The position numbers were made by a program, and so were the translations under genes. A model generated the notes under the pieces. It made no database searches and was not told the origin of the DNA. It worked only from the letters and a program-made list of their open reading frames with translations. Positions 25,341 to 37,704 of a DNA stretch of 64,000 bases are shown piece by piece (the first letter of the stretch is position 1; each line of letters begins with the position of its first letter). Source of the stretch: Mobula hypostoma (Eukaryota); assembly GCF_963921235.1 (NCBI RefSeq), contig NC_086108.1, positions 66,032,001 through 66,096,000 of the forward strand, given 5' to 3'.

Positions 25341-25846
25341 AAAGGCAGGAATTTTCATTTCTTGATAAACTTTTTGTGGTGCTTGGACATAGTGATCTTG
25401 TCGCACTCATTTCCACGACCTGGAGCATCTAATGATTGTGCCAACCATTCTATTTACCAAGAGAGTTCCCCTCCATGATCCTGACCACAGTTTACGTACT
25501 GCCACAAGCTGATATTCAGCAGGCACCCAAGGTACTGAGTGCAGTGATTAACAATCAAGAAACAGCCTACCCTGACACCTTTCAAATCATTGTCGGGGAT
25601 GTCAGTCAGACTTGCTTGAAGATATCTCTGCCCAATTATCATCAACGTATCACCTGCAACACCAGGCATACAACAGACTTGACCACTGTTATATGATGAT
25701 TAGGGATGCCTACCATTCCATCCCTGGACAGCATTTTGTCTGTGCTCCTTCTACCTGTATACAGGCAGAGGGTGAAGGGCAAGACTCCAGTGAGTAGAAC
25801 AACAAAGAAGGTGTGTGGGCAGAGGAGTGGCTATGGGATTGCTTCA

Positions 25847-28800
25847 TAGAAACATAGAAAACCTACAGCACATTACAGGTCCATTGGCCCACAAAGTTGT
25901 GCCAAACATGTCCCTACCTTAGAAATTGCTAGGCTTACCTATAGCCCTCTGTTTTACTAAGCTCCATGTACCTATCCAAAAGTCTCTTAAAAGACCCTAT
26001 CGTATCCGCCTCCACCACCGTTGCCAGTAGCCCATTCCATGCACTCACCACTCCCTGAGTAAAAAACTCACCCCTGACATCTCCTCTGTTCCTACTCCCC
26101 AGCACCTTAAACCTGTGTCCTCTTGTGGTAACCATTTCAGCCCTGGGAAAAAGCCTCTGACTATCCACACAATTAATGCCTCTCATCATCTTATACACCT
26201 CTATCAGGTCACCTCTCATCCTCCGTCACTCCAAGGAGAAAAGGCCGAGTTCACTCAACCTGTTTTCATAAGGCATGCTCCCCAATCCAGGCAACATCCT
26301 TGTAAAGCAACACACATCAAAGTTGCTGGTGAACGCAGCAGGCCAGGCAGCATCTATAGGAAGAGGTACTGTCGACATTTCAGGCCGAGACCCTACGTCA
26401 GGACTAACTGAAGGAAGAATAAGTAAGAGATTTGAAAGGGGGAGGGGGAGATCCAAAATGATAGGAGAAGACAGGAGGGGGAGGGATGGAGCCAAGAGCT
26501 GGACAGGTGATAGGCAAAAGGGATATGAGAGGATCATGGGACAGGAGGTCCGGGAAGAAAGACAGGGGAGGGGGGGGATCCCAGAGGATTGGCAAGGGGT
26601 ATATTCAGAGGGATAGAGGGAGAAAAAGGAGAGTGAGAGAAAGAATGTGTGTATAAAAATAAGTAACAGATGGGGTACGAGGGGGAGGTGGGGCATTAGC
26701 GGAAGTTAGAGAAGTCGATGTTCATGCCATCAGGTTGGAGGCTACCCAGACGGAATATAAGGTGTTGTTCCTCCAACCTGAGTGTGGCTTCATCTTTACA
26801 GTAGAGGAGGCCGTGGATAGACATGTCAGAATGGGAATGGGATGTGGAATTAAAATGTGTGGCCACTGGGAGATCCTGCTTTCTCTGGCGGACAGGGCGT
26901 AGGTGTTCAGCAAAGCGGTCTCCCAGTCTGTGTCGGGTCTCGCCAATATATAAAAGGCCACATCGGGAGCACCGGACACAATATATCACCCCAGCCGACT
27001 CCTTGTAAATCTCCTCTGCACCCTTTCTATGGCTTCCACATCCTTCCTGTAGTGAGGTGACCAGAACTGAGCACAGTACTCAAGTGGGGTCTGACCAGGG
27101 TCCTATACAGCTGCAACATTACCTCTCGGCTCCTAAATTCAATTCCAGGATTGATGAAGGCCAATACACTGTATACCTTCTTAACCACAGATCAAGCTGC
27201 ACAGCTGCTTTGAGTGTCCTATGGACTCAGACCGCAAGATCCCTCTGATCCTCCACACTGTCAAGAGTCTTACCATTAATACTATATTCTGTCATCATAT
27301 TTGACCTACCAAAATGAACCACTTCACACTTATCTTTGTTGAACTCCATCTGCCACTTCTCAGCCCAGTTTTGCATTCTATCAATGTCCCGCTGTAACCT
27401 CTGACAGCCCTCCACACTATCCACAACACCTCCAACCTTTGCGTCATCAGCAAACTTACTAACCCATCCCTCCACTTCCTCATCCAGGTCATTTATAAAA
27501 ATCACAGAGAGTAAGGGTCCTACAACAGATCCCTGAGGTACTCCACTGGTGACCGACCTCCATGCAGAATATGACCCATCTACAACCACTCTTTGCTTTC
27601 TGTGGGCAACCCAGATCTGGATCCACAAAGCAATGTCCCCTTGGATCCTATGCCTCCTTATGTTCTCAATAAGCCTCGCATGCAGTATTTTATTGACTGC
27701 CTTGCTGAAAACCATATACGCTACATCTACTGCTCTTCCTTCATCAATGTGTTTAGTCACATCCTCAAAAAATTCAACCAGGTTCGTAAGGCACAGCCTG
27801 CCCTTGACAAAGCCATGCTGACTATTCCTAATCATATTATACCCCTCCAAATGTTCATAAATCCTGCCTCTCAGGATAATTTCCTGGGCTATCTCTGCTC
27901 CCTTTCTTGAATAAAGGAACAACATCCGCAACCTTCCAATCCTCCAGAACCTCTCCCATCCCCATTGATGATGCAAACAGCATCGCCAGCAGCTCATCAA
28001 TCTCCTCCGTCACCTCCCACAGTAGCCTGGGGTACATCTCATCCAGTCCCGGCGACTTATCCGACGATGCTTTCCAAAAGCTCCAGCACATCCTCTTTCT
28101 TAATATCTACATGCTCAAGCTTTTCAGTCTGCTGCAAGTCATCACTACAATTACCAAGATTCTTTTCCATAGTGAATACTGAAGTAAAGTATTCATTAAG
28201 TACCTCTGCTATTTCTTCTGGTTCCATACACACTTCCCCACTGTGACACTTGATTGGTCCTATTCTTTAGGTCTTATCCTCTTGCTCTTCACATACTTGT
28301 AGAATGCCTTGGGGTTTTCCTTAATCCTGCCCGCCAAGGCCTTCTCATGGCCCCTTCTGGCTCTCCTAATTTCCTTCTTAAGCTCCTTCCTATTAGCCTT
28401 TTAATCTTCTAGGTCTCTAACATTACCTAGCTCTCTGAACCTTTTGTAAGCTTTTCCTTTCTTCTTGACTAGATTTATTACAGCCTTTGTACACCACAGT
28501 TCCTGTACCCTACCATAACTTCCCTGTCTCATTGGAACGTACCTATGCAGAACTCTACACAAATATCCCCTGAACATTTGCCACATTTCTTCCGTACTTC
28601 TCCCCGAGAAAATCTGTTTCCAATTTACTCTTCCAATTTCCTGCCTGATAGCCTCATAATTCCCCTTACTCCGATTAAACACTTTTTAAAATTGTCTGTT
28701 ACTATCTCTCTCCAATGCTATTGTAAAGGAGATAGGATTATGATCACTATCTCCAAAATGCTCTCCCACCGAGAGATTTGACACCTGACCAGTTTAATTT

Positions 28801-30751
28801 CCCAATACCAAATCAAGTACAGCCTCTCCTCTTGTAGGCTTATCAACATATTGTGTCAAGAAACCTTCCTGAACACACCTAACAAACTCTACCCCATCTA
28901 AACCCCTTGCTCTAGGGAGATGCCAATTGATATTTGGGAAATTAGAAACTCCCATCAGGACAACTCTGTTATTATTACACCTTTCCAGGATCTGTTTCCG
29001 TATCTGCTCCTTGATATCCCTGTTACTAATGGGCGGCCTATAAAAAACACCCAGTAATGTTATTGACCCCTTCCTGTTCCTAACCTCCACCCACAGAGAC
29101 TCCGTAGACAATCCCTCCAAAGTGTCCACCTTTTCTGCAGCCGTGACACTATCTCTGATCAACAGTGCCATGCTCCCATCTCTTTTGCCTCCCTCTCTGT
29201 CCTTTCTGAAACATCTAAAACTCAGCACCTGAAGTAACCATTCCTGTTCCTGAGCCATCCAAGTCTCTGTAAAGGCCACCACATCATATCTCCAAGTACT
29301 GATCCACCCTCTAAGCTCATCTGCGTTGTTGACAACACTCCTTGCATTAAAATAGACACATCTCAAACCTTCAGTCTGAGTGCGTCCCTTCTCTATCACC
29401 TGCCTACCCTCCCTCTCGCATTGTCTACAAGCTTTCTCTGTTTGTGAGCCAATCTCCTCTTCCCCAGTCTCTTCAGTTCGGTTCCCACCCCCCAACAGTT
29501 CTAGCTTAAACTCTCCCCAGTAGCTTTAGAAAACCTCCCGCCAGGATATTGGTCCCTTGGGATTCAAGTGCAACCCGTCCTTTTTGTACAGGTCACACCT
29601 GCCCCGAAAGAGGTCCCAATGATCCAGAAATCTGAATCCCTGCCCCCTGCTCCAATCCTTCAGCCACACATTTATCCTCCACCTCATTCTATTCCTATTC
29701 TTACTGTCGCGTTGCACAGGCAATAATCCCGAGATTACTTCCTTTGTGGTCCTGCTTCTCAACTTCCTTCCTAACTCCCTGTAATATTTTTTCAGGACCT
29801 CTTCCCTTTTCATACCTATATCATTGGTACCAGTATGTACCACAACTGCTGACTGTTCTCCCTCCCACTTCAGGTTATCTTGGACGCGATCTGAAACATC
29901 CCAGACCCTGGCACCTGGGAGGCAAATTACCATCCGAGTTTCTTTCTTGTGTCCACAGAATCACCTGTCTGACCCCCTAACTATAGAGTCCCCTATCACT
30001 ATTGCCTTCCTCTTCCTTTCGAGCTGAGCCACAGGGCCAGACTCTTTGCCAGAGGCACGGCCACTGTCACTTACTCCAGGTAGGCTGTCCCCCCCCCCCA
30101 ACAGAACTCAAACAGGAGTACTTATTGTCAAGGGGTACAACCACAGGGGTACCTCTAGTTTCTGACTCTTCCCCTTCCCCCTCCTGACTGTGACCCACTT
30201 GTCTGTCTCCCGTGGCCCCGGTGTGACCACCTGCCTATAACTCCATTCTATCACCTCCTCGCTCTCCCTGACCAGGCGAAGGTCATCAAGCTGCAACTCC
30301 AGTTCCCCAACTCGGTCCCTTAGGAGCTGCCGCTCGACACACCTGGTGTAGATGTGGCCGTCCCGGAGGGTGGGAGACTCCAGGATCTCCCACATCTGAC
30401 ACCGAGCACAGAAAAATGGCCTCACGCACAGACTTCCTCCTTTCTGTAAATAACATGGTAAACCTACCTCGCCTAGTCCCGTTACCGCCTAAGCCCATTG
30501 AGGCCAAAGCCCTATCACTCTGCTGCCCGCTGGATATGGCGGTCTTCTTTTTAAACCTTTCGTGCTCTACTGGCTGATGTCACGCGCCTGTGCAGTCTCG
30601 CCTCTCTTTTACCCCGAGTAGTAAAAAGCTGATTTTGCTCCGGAAATCAGCCATCCACTCACAGCCTTCTTGCTCCGAATCAAAAACTGTTGAAGATTCC
30701 TTGCCTTTTTAAACATTTCATGCTTGTCACGTGCCTGCACAATCTCACCTC
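25847..30751 (-). mobile_element. Nearly full-length CR1 LINE, family A (ORF1 and ORF2), inactivated
   Basis: ORF1 Cys-motif N-terminus (CARCQMWE, 30108-30425) and SGNH-esterase domain (CLPGA, VVHTGTND, DGLHL; 29526-29933). APE endonuclease (YFNARS, FTETW, LDLVLGN; 28794-29495). RT (27227-28000) and (TTTCTATG)n tail. CTTCA at 25842-25846 and 30752-30756. Confidence 0.93.
26307..26999 (-). mobile_element. Penelope-like element 3' part inserted in the CR1
   Basis: Open GIY-YIG domain GVIYCVRCSRCGLLYIGET…QPDGMNIDFSNFR* (26696-26992). 10-bp TSD TCCTTGTAAA at 26297-26306 and 27000-27009. Mutated hammerhead at 26370-26405. Confidence 0.92.
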
Positions 30752-31023
30752 CTTCAATTATACCATTGCCTGAGAAGAACATGGTGACCTGCCTCAATGA
30801 CTGTTGTCCAGTGGCACTTACATCCCCTGTGATGAAGTGCTTTGAGAGGTTGGTGTTGAAACATGTCAACTTCTGCTTGCTTGGATCTGCTCCAATTTGC
30901 CTATCACCACAGCTGGTCAACAGCAGATGCCGTTTTATTGGCTCTTTACTCAACCCTGGAACATCTAGACAGTGAAGATACATACATCAGGATGCTCTTC
31001 ATTGACTACAGCTCAGCATTCAA

Positions 31024-32290
31024 TAGAGTCATAGAGTCATAGAGAAGTAGAACAAAGAAACAGGCCCTTTGTCCCATCTAGTCCATGCCTAAACTATTTA
31101 AACTGCCTACTCCCATTGACCTGCATCAGGACCATAGCTCTCCACATCCGTACTATCCATGTATCTATCCAAACTTCTCTTAAATGTTGAAATTGAACTT
31201 GTATGCACCACTTGTGCTGGCAGCTTATCCCACAGGCTCATGACCCTCTGAGTGAAGAAGTTTCCCCTCATGTTCCCCCTAAAACTTTTTGCCTTCCACC
31301 CTTAAGCCATGACCTCTGGTTGTACCCCCACCCAACCTCAGTGGAAAAACATGCTTGCTTTTACCTTCATAATTTTGTATCCCTCTATCAAATCTCCTCT
31401 CAATCTTCTATGTTCTAAAGAATATAGTCCTAACCTGTTCAATTTTTCCTTATAACTCAGATCCTTCAAACTCAGCAACATCCTTGTAAATTTTCTCTGC
31501 ACTCTTTCAACTTTGTTTACATCTTTCGAGTAGGTAGGTGACCAAAATTGCACAAAATTCTCCACATCACTAAGCACAGGCCTCCAGTCAAAGAGGCAAC
31601 CCTCTACTATCACTCTCTGTCTTCTCCCACAAAGCCAATGTCTACTCCAATTTACTACTTCATCTTGAATGCCAAATAACTGAACCTTCTTGACCATCCT
31701 TCCATGTGGGACTCTGTCAAATGCCTGATATAAGCACCTCAATTGTTCTTACTAGCCTATACCTGCTATGCCCCTCCTTTTTCTCTTAACCAGGGCCTCA
31801 ATATCTCTTGAAAACCAAGGATCTCTGCAATCATTATTTTTACCTTTTATTCTGTCAGGCACATACAAGCTTTGTACTCTCAAAATTTTGTTTTCGAAGG
31901 CCACCCACTTTCTAAGTACACCTTTGTCGGAGAACAGCCTGTCCCAATTCACACTTGCCAGATCATTTCCAATACCATCAAAATTGGCTTTTCTCCGATT
32001 TACAGTCTCAACCCATGGACCAGACCTATCATTCTGCATACTTACTTCGAAACTAATGGCATTGTGGTCACTGGATTCAAAGTGCTCCTCTGCACAAACT
32101 TCTGTCATCTGCCCTGTCTCATTCCCTAAGAGCAGATTCAGTATCGCATGCTCTCTTGTTGGGACTTTTACATCCTGATGAAAGAAAGAAAGTTCCTTGA
32201 ACACATTTGACAAACCTTATCCCATCTAGTTCTTTTTACAGTATGGGATTCCCGGTCAATAAATGGAAAGTTAAAATCACCTACTATAAC
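31024..32290 (-). mobile_element. Multiply deleted CR1 LINE, family D
   Basis: (ATGACTCT)n tail. EN remnant (PTREHAILNLLLGN, SDHN) is joined to RT and C-terminal remnants (AFDRVPH, VQFWSP). CAAT occurs on both flanks. Confidence 0.8.
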
Positions 32291-34133
32291 AATCTATCAT
32301 CCCCTTAAAGTTAATCAATAAGCAAAATCTGGGACTCAATACCTCCTTGTGCAACTGGTTCCTGGAAATCCTGATTTGCAGACCCCTGTTCTAACCACTT
32401 CATACATTTGATTGTGAGGTGAAGCACAGCCCTGATACCATATTTAAGTTTGCTGATGACTCCACTGTCACTGGCTGAATCAAAGGTGGTGATGATTCAG
32501 AATATAGGAGAGAGATTGAAAATCTGTCTGAATAGTGCCGCAACAACAGCCTCTCACTCAATGTCAGCAAGACCAAGAAGCTGATTATTGACCACATGAG
32601 GAAGAGATATGCCAGTCCATGTCAGGGGAATTAGAGGTGGAAAGTGTCACCAACTTGAAATTCCTCTGTGCTTTCATTTCAGAAGATCTGTCCTGAATCC
32701 GACATGTAAGAGCCACCACAAACAAAGCACAGCAGCACTTCTACTTTCTTAGCTTATGAAAATTCGGCATGTCATCAAAAACTGACAAACTTGTATAGAT
32801 GTGTGGTGGAGAGTATATTGACTGGTTGCAACACAGCCAGGTATGGAAACATCAATACTCTTCAATCGAAGAGCCGACAAAAAGCCTGCTTTACTGGTAA
32901 AGTCCTTCCCACCACTGGGCATATGTACATGGAGTGCTGCCGCCAGAAAGCAGCATCCATCATCGGGGACCCCCCCACCATCCAGGCCATACTCTCTTCT
33001 CACTGCTGCCATCAGAATGGAGGTACAGGAGCCTCAGGAGCCACACCATCGGAATCAGGAACAGTTACTACCCATCAACCATCCAGCTCTTGAACCGAGG
33101 TGGTGAGGGGTGGGGAGAATACCACTCGATCTCACTCCCTCCAACAGTGAACTTTCCCCACAACCTATGGACTCACTTTCAAGGACTCTTCATCTCGTTT
33201 TTGATATTAATTACTTATTTATTTATTATCATTATTTTGTTTTTTTTGTTTCTTTGTATAGATAGATAGACATACTTTATTGATCCTGAGGGAAATAGGG
33301 TTTCGTTACAGTTGCAGCAACCAATAGAGTATAAATATAGCAATATAAAACCATAAATAATCAATAATATGTAAATTATGCCAGATGGAAATAAGTCCAG
33401 ACTGAGAAAATGAATCTCAGGGTTGTATATAGTGACATACATGTACTTCAATAATAAATTCACTTTGAACTTTAGACTGGGTTTTTCTTTTGGCAACCCT
33501 GATAGCTTTAGAGAGATTCGATGGTCGTGATGGAATCTGGAACCTCAGCTCAAAGAGGCTTCCACTGGACTTAAATGTCAAATCATAACTTAAATCTCAA
33601 TTTGCTGGTGCTAATATAACAGACTTTGGAGCTTTATGTTAAAATTTAGCTTCATGAATTCATCAGTGCCAATAACAGGTTTGGTGAATCTCTACACAAT
33701 AATGTTTTAGTACAAATAAGCATAAATACAAATATTTCCCAAGTATGAGTGAGATTGGGAAAGAATGGCAGGGAGGAACCCAAGACCTAGTTTGCAAATC
33801 CAAGACAAGTAACAATCTGCAAGACAGATGTAATGATTTTGGATAGTAACACAATATCTGAAAACCCTATTTATTCAGTAAAATGTTGAAACACATTAGA
33901 AGAAATCACAATTGTGTGTTAACTTGTTGAATACGATTTAAAATAAATTTGTTTTGTATTTTTTAAAATAATTTAAATAAAATCAATAAACTAGGTACAA
34001 ACTGAATACAGAAACATGGATAATGCAAGCCCATATTAACGGTGTCATAATAATGATCACTTCTTGTTGTATTTAGCCCTTAGGATAGAGAAGAAACCTA
34101 CATATAGCACAAAAGCAACCTGTACTTTAATCA

Positions 34134-34288
34134 ACACACATAAAAGTTGCTGGTGAACGCAGCAGGCCAGGCAGCATCTCTAGGAAGAGGTGCAGTCGAC
34201 GTTTCAGGCCGAGACCCTTCGTCAGGACTAACGAAGTTTTGTGTGTGTTGCTTGAATTTCCAGCATCTGCAGAATTCCTGTTGTTTGT
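34134..34288 (-). mobile_element. Penelope-derived ~155-bp inverted mini-element with intact hammerhead
   Basis: 14-bp TSD CTGTACTTTAATCA at 34120-34133 and 34289-34302. The PLE 3' segment is on the minus strand, followed by an inverted terminal tail. Confidence 0.88.
34194..34229 (-). ncRNA. Minimal type I hammerhead ribozyme, identical to 24709-24744
   Basis: Plus strand agtcgacgtttcaggccgagacccttcgtcaggact, the same 36 nt as at 24709-24744. Confidence 0.8.
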
Positions 34289-34813
34289 CTGTACTTTAAT
34301 CATCTTTTTCTTGTTTACCAAAGACAAATACTGATCCGGATGGCAGACAGGAGAGAAAAAGAGTTAAAGCTCATACTGGATTTTAAGTGCTGCACACATT
34401 TCTGGCCATCATATTGCAGGAAAGATGTGATTGCATTAGAGAGGTTCCAGTGAAGTTTTACCCGGATATTGAGAAGACTTTTTTTTTTGTTAAGAGGTCT
34501 GGCTAGGCTAAGTTTATTTCCCTTGAACAGAGATTGAGCAAACATTTAATTGAGGTGTGTAAGGATAAGAGAGGCATGAAGAGAATGGTTGGAGGGATTT
34601 ACTTCCATAAGCAGTGAAGTCAATAATGAGTAGGCTGAACTTTAAAATAATTGGCAGAAGGATTAGGATGAATTAAGTATGTTTTTTTTTAACCTTACCT
34701 GGTGTGCATGCTGGAAGTTTGGAACTCATTTTCTGAAAAAATTGAGTGATACAGCACAGAAATAACCTCTTCAGAGCTCTGAATCTGCACCGTAAAGTAC
34801 CCTTTTACACTAA

Positions 34814-35335
34814 TCAAAGTTCAAAGTATATAAATTATCTAAGTATGTGTACTATATATAACCTTGAGATTCATCTCCTTACAGGCAGCCACAAAACAAA
34901 GAAATCCAATAGGACCCATTAAAAAAAGACCGTCAATCAGCCAATGTGTAAAAAAAACAGATTATGCAAACAGTAAGTCAAATAATATTCAGGCCTAAAG
35001 TTCATGAAAGTGAGTTCACAGCCACGAACAACAGGAATTCTGCAGATGCTGGAAATTCAAGCAACACACATCAAAATTGCTGGTCATCACTGCAGCTAGT
35101 TTAAGAGCCCACAGCTTCAGTTCAGTACAGAGATGAGTAAACCCTGCTGAGCAGTGAGCTGAACTCTAGCCCATTCCTTGCCTCCGGCCCCAACATCCTA
35201 ACCTTTTTACAAACGTAATTTGACCCAGTGCTTAAAATGGGCAAACATCAGCTGGTTCTTCATTCTCAGACCCAGGCTCTGCCACTTCAAAATGCTCTCG
35301 GGCCCAGGTCCACTGCCTTGATTTGGCAGTTCATG
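34814..35335 (-). mobile_element. Non-coding retroposon with Rex1-like (AACTTTG) tail, carrying a PLE tail fragment at about 35025-35083
   Basis: Tail caaagttcaaagt…aaccttgagattcat is similar to 20341-20400. 35025-35083 matches 24612-24670. Confidence 0.5.
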
Positions 35336-36611
35336 AACCAACTGACATAACCCTAATTATTACAGTATAGCAACATTATGACCACTTTGATCATCTCTTA
35401 TTTTGGTTCTAATTATGTTCTTTCTGGTAAAATGAGTGAATAACCTATGCTTAATATCTGTTTTTTTTTTTGCAAATACTGGTTTTGTGATGTTATGGGC
35501 CTGTAATGCTGCTGCAAATAATATTTTCATTGGACTTGTGCAGGCATCTGCTTGGGCTTTGACTTTAACCTAGGCCATTATGTACCTAGGCCTTGAGATG
35601 TTCTCTTAAGTGGGAGACCAAAAATAGATCTTAAAAATGCTGTCTAATTAAGGAAAAATATTTTTGATAAATTAGACCCATATTCGAAGTGTTAAACATA
35701 GTGATATCAATCATTCTTGTCCTGCATATCCTTCAACATCTTTAATTGTTTGCAGCATGTTTGTAGGTACAATACACACAAGGATATTTTCTGATAATGA
35801 CCGTGAACCTGTGCTTCCATTACATGCACCTATTCCCTTGAGTTCCATGACTTACTCAATTCAAACACTTGGATTTAGTGTAGTCCCTTCAATACTTTGG
35901 CTATTACCTTTGATTTATGTCTATGTTTTCCTGACGTGAAAAAGAATGTGCCTCAGCCTTTTCTGGCAATTATAGATTTGGGCTCTGCTCAGAGTATGAT
36001 ACCGATGAAAGGGTTGGTTATCAGATGATGTCATTCAGATCCTTTGGTTTATAGTGTCATGGACTATTAAGTTAAACTTCAGTGTTTGGTCTTTGTCTAA
36101 GAGTAAGTATTGCAAACAAGGCTAAAATTACAACCTTCGGATGTATAGCTGCAGAATTCATTTTAACAGCACACAAAATAAGTCGTATTGGCATAAGCAA
36201 TATCTCTCCATTGTGAAAGCTAGGCTATAATATTAGCAACTGTGATACCAATCAATCTCTTCCAGCATATCCTCCAACACCTTCTTAGTGGAGTTCCCAG
36301 GATGAGTACATCGCTCAGCATTCTGCTAAAATTCCATTGGACTCCTTCATTCGGGTCCCTTGACATAATGCCTACTTAACATAAGCAGATTTAACTTTCC
36401 TCCCAGCAAAAGCAGTAAGAGCTGTAAATTAAAAAAAAAAAAAATTTGATTTCACCTTCTGTTTTATCCAGTTTCCATCCTGGGAAGGAAATTAATATTC
36501 CCTGAGCTTGTCCTCAACTTCATGGGGACTGGCTGCTGTACAATAAGAAACTAGCGCCATCAGGTGGCTATTCAAAGTACTGACCAGAGCATCACCAATA
36601 TGCAAAAACTA

Positions 36612-37020
36612 TTAAGACCACAAGACAAAGGAGCAGAAGTCGGCCATTCGGCCCATCGAGTCTGCTCTGCCATTTTATCATGAGCTGATCCATTCTCCCA
36701 TTTAGTCCCACTTCCCTGCCTTCTCACCATAACCTTTGATGCCGTGGCTACTCAGATACCTATCAATCTCTGCCTTAAATACGCCCAATGACTTGGCCTC
36801 CACTGCTGCCCGTGGCAACAAGTTCCATAGATTCAGATTCACCACCCTCTGACTAAAAAAATTTCTTCGCATTTCTGTTCTGAATGGGTGCCCTTCAATC
36901 CTTAAGTCATGCCCTCTCGTACTAGACTCCTCCATCATGGGAAACAACTTTGCCACATCCACTCTGTCCATGCCTTTCAACATTCGAAATGTTTCTACGA
37001 GGTCTCCCCTCATTCTTCTT
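36612..37020 (-). mobile_element. CR1 3' fragment
   Basis: ORF 36702-37013 (RGDLVETF…FFSQRVVN…GYG) and a CR1 3'UTR with tail. Confidence 0.88.
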
Positions 37021-37704
37021 CCTCATTATTGGAATGTACTTCATTACTTTAAGTGTTTTAAATTTGTTTCTCAGAATACAGTTAACTGTCTTGAACTAAA
37101 ATTCAAAATGATCACTGTAAATTCCAGTTGATGATATTCTTGACTGTAATGTCCTCTGAAAGACCCTGAGCATCCATACCCTGGGCAATATTCTGTAATG
37201 AGTGGATTCCCATAGCTTCCCCCACTACTAATAAGACATAGGTCAGAAATGCAAGGGGATAGTCTCTGCTTCATGTAATTGGTTGCAGCATTGACCACAT
37301 CCAACTTGGTTCGAGCAAGATCAAATCAACCCACTTCTAAGGGGACTCATTCACCAATTTCAATACCTTTTCGTTCCACTGCTGACGTACAGTGACCACA
37401 GCTTGTGCTACCTACACAATGCACTGTAGTAGCTCACTAATGTTTCTTCCCAATCTCTCCCAAGTCCATGAACATTGATACCTATAAAGAATAACATCAC
37501 CATGAACTCTTCTCCAACTCACACACCTGACTGATTTGGGCTCTTTCCCGAGTCAAACTCCAAGAGTTCCATTGCTGCCTGCACTACAGAAGTACCTTCA
37601 GCACATGGAGTAGGGCAATTCAATAATGCCACTTATTAAATTCCTAAGGGCAACCAGGGATTGACAAGAAATGTTGACCCTCCCTTCCAAATAACTGCTA
37701 TATC

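Larger units (their letters stand above)
25420..33475 (+). mobile_element. Internally deleted Rex1/Babar LINE split into three pieces (about 25420-25846, 30752-31023 and 32291-33475)
   Basis: EN remnants (VYVLPQAD, IIVGD). RT remnants ([32 protein letters not shown]). C-terminal MYRCVVESILTGC and a 3' tail ending 33472. The pieces join across the TSDs of two CR1 insertions. Confidence 0.75.

Noticed and set aside
26370..26405. Functional hammerhead
   Set aside because: A9 is mutated (CUGACGU) and the stem III palindrome is lost (AUGU). Counted only as a decayed copy.
34360..34740. Old CR1/L2 3' remnant
   Set aside because: Only faint similarity (gatgtgattgcattagagagg…), and boundaries cannot be supported.
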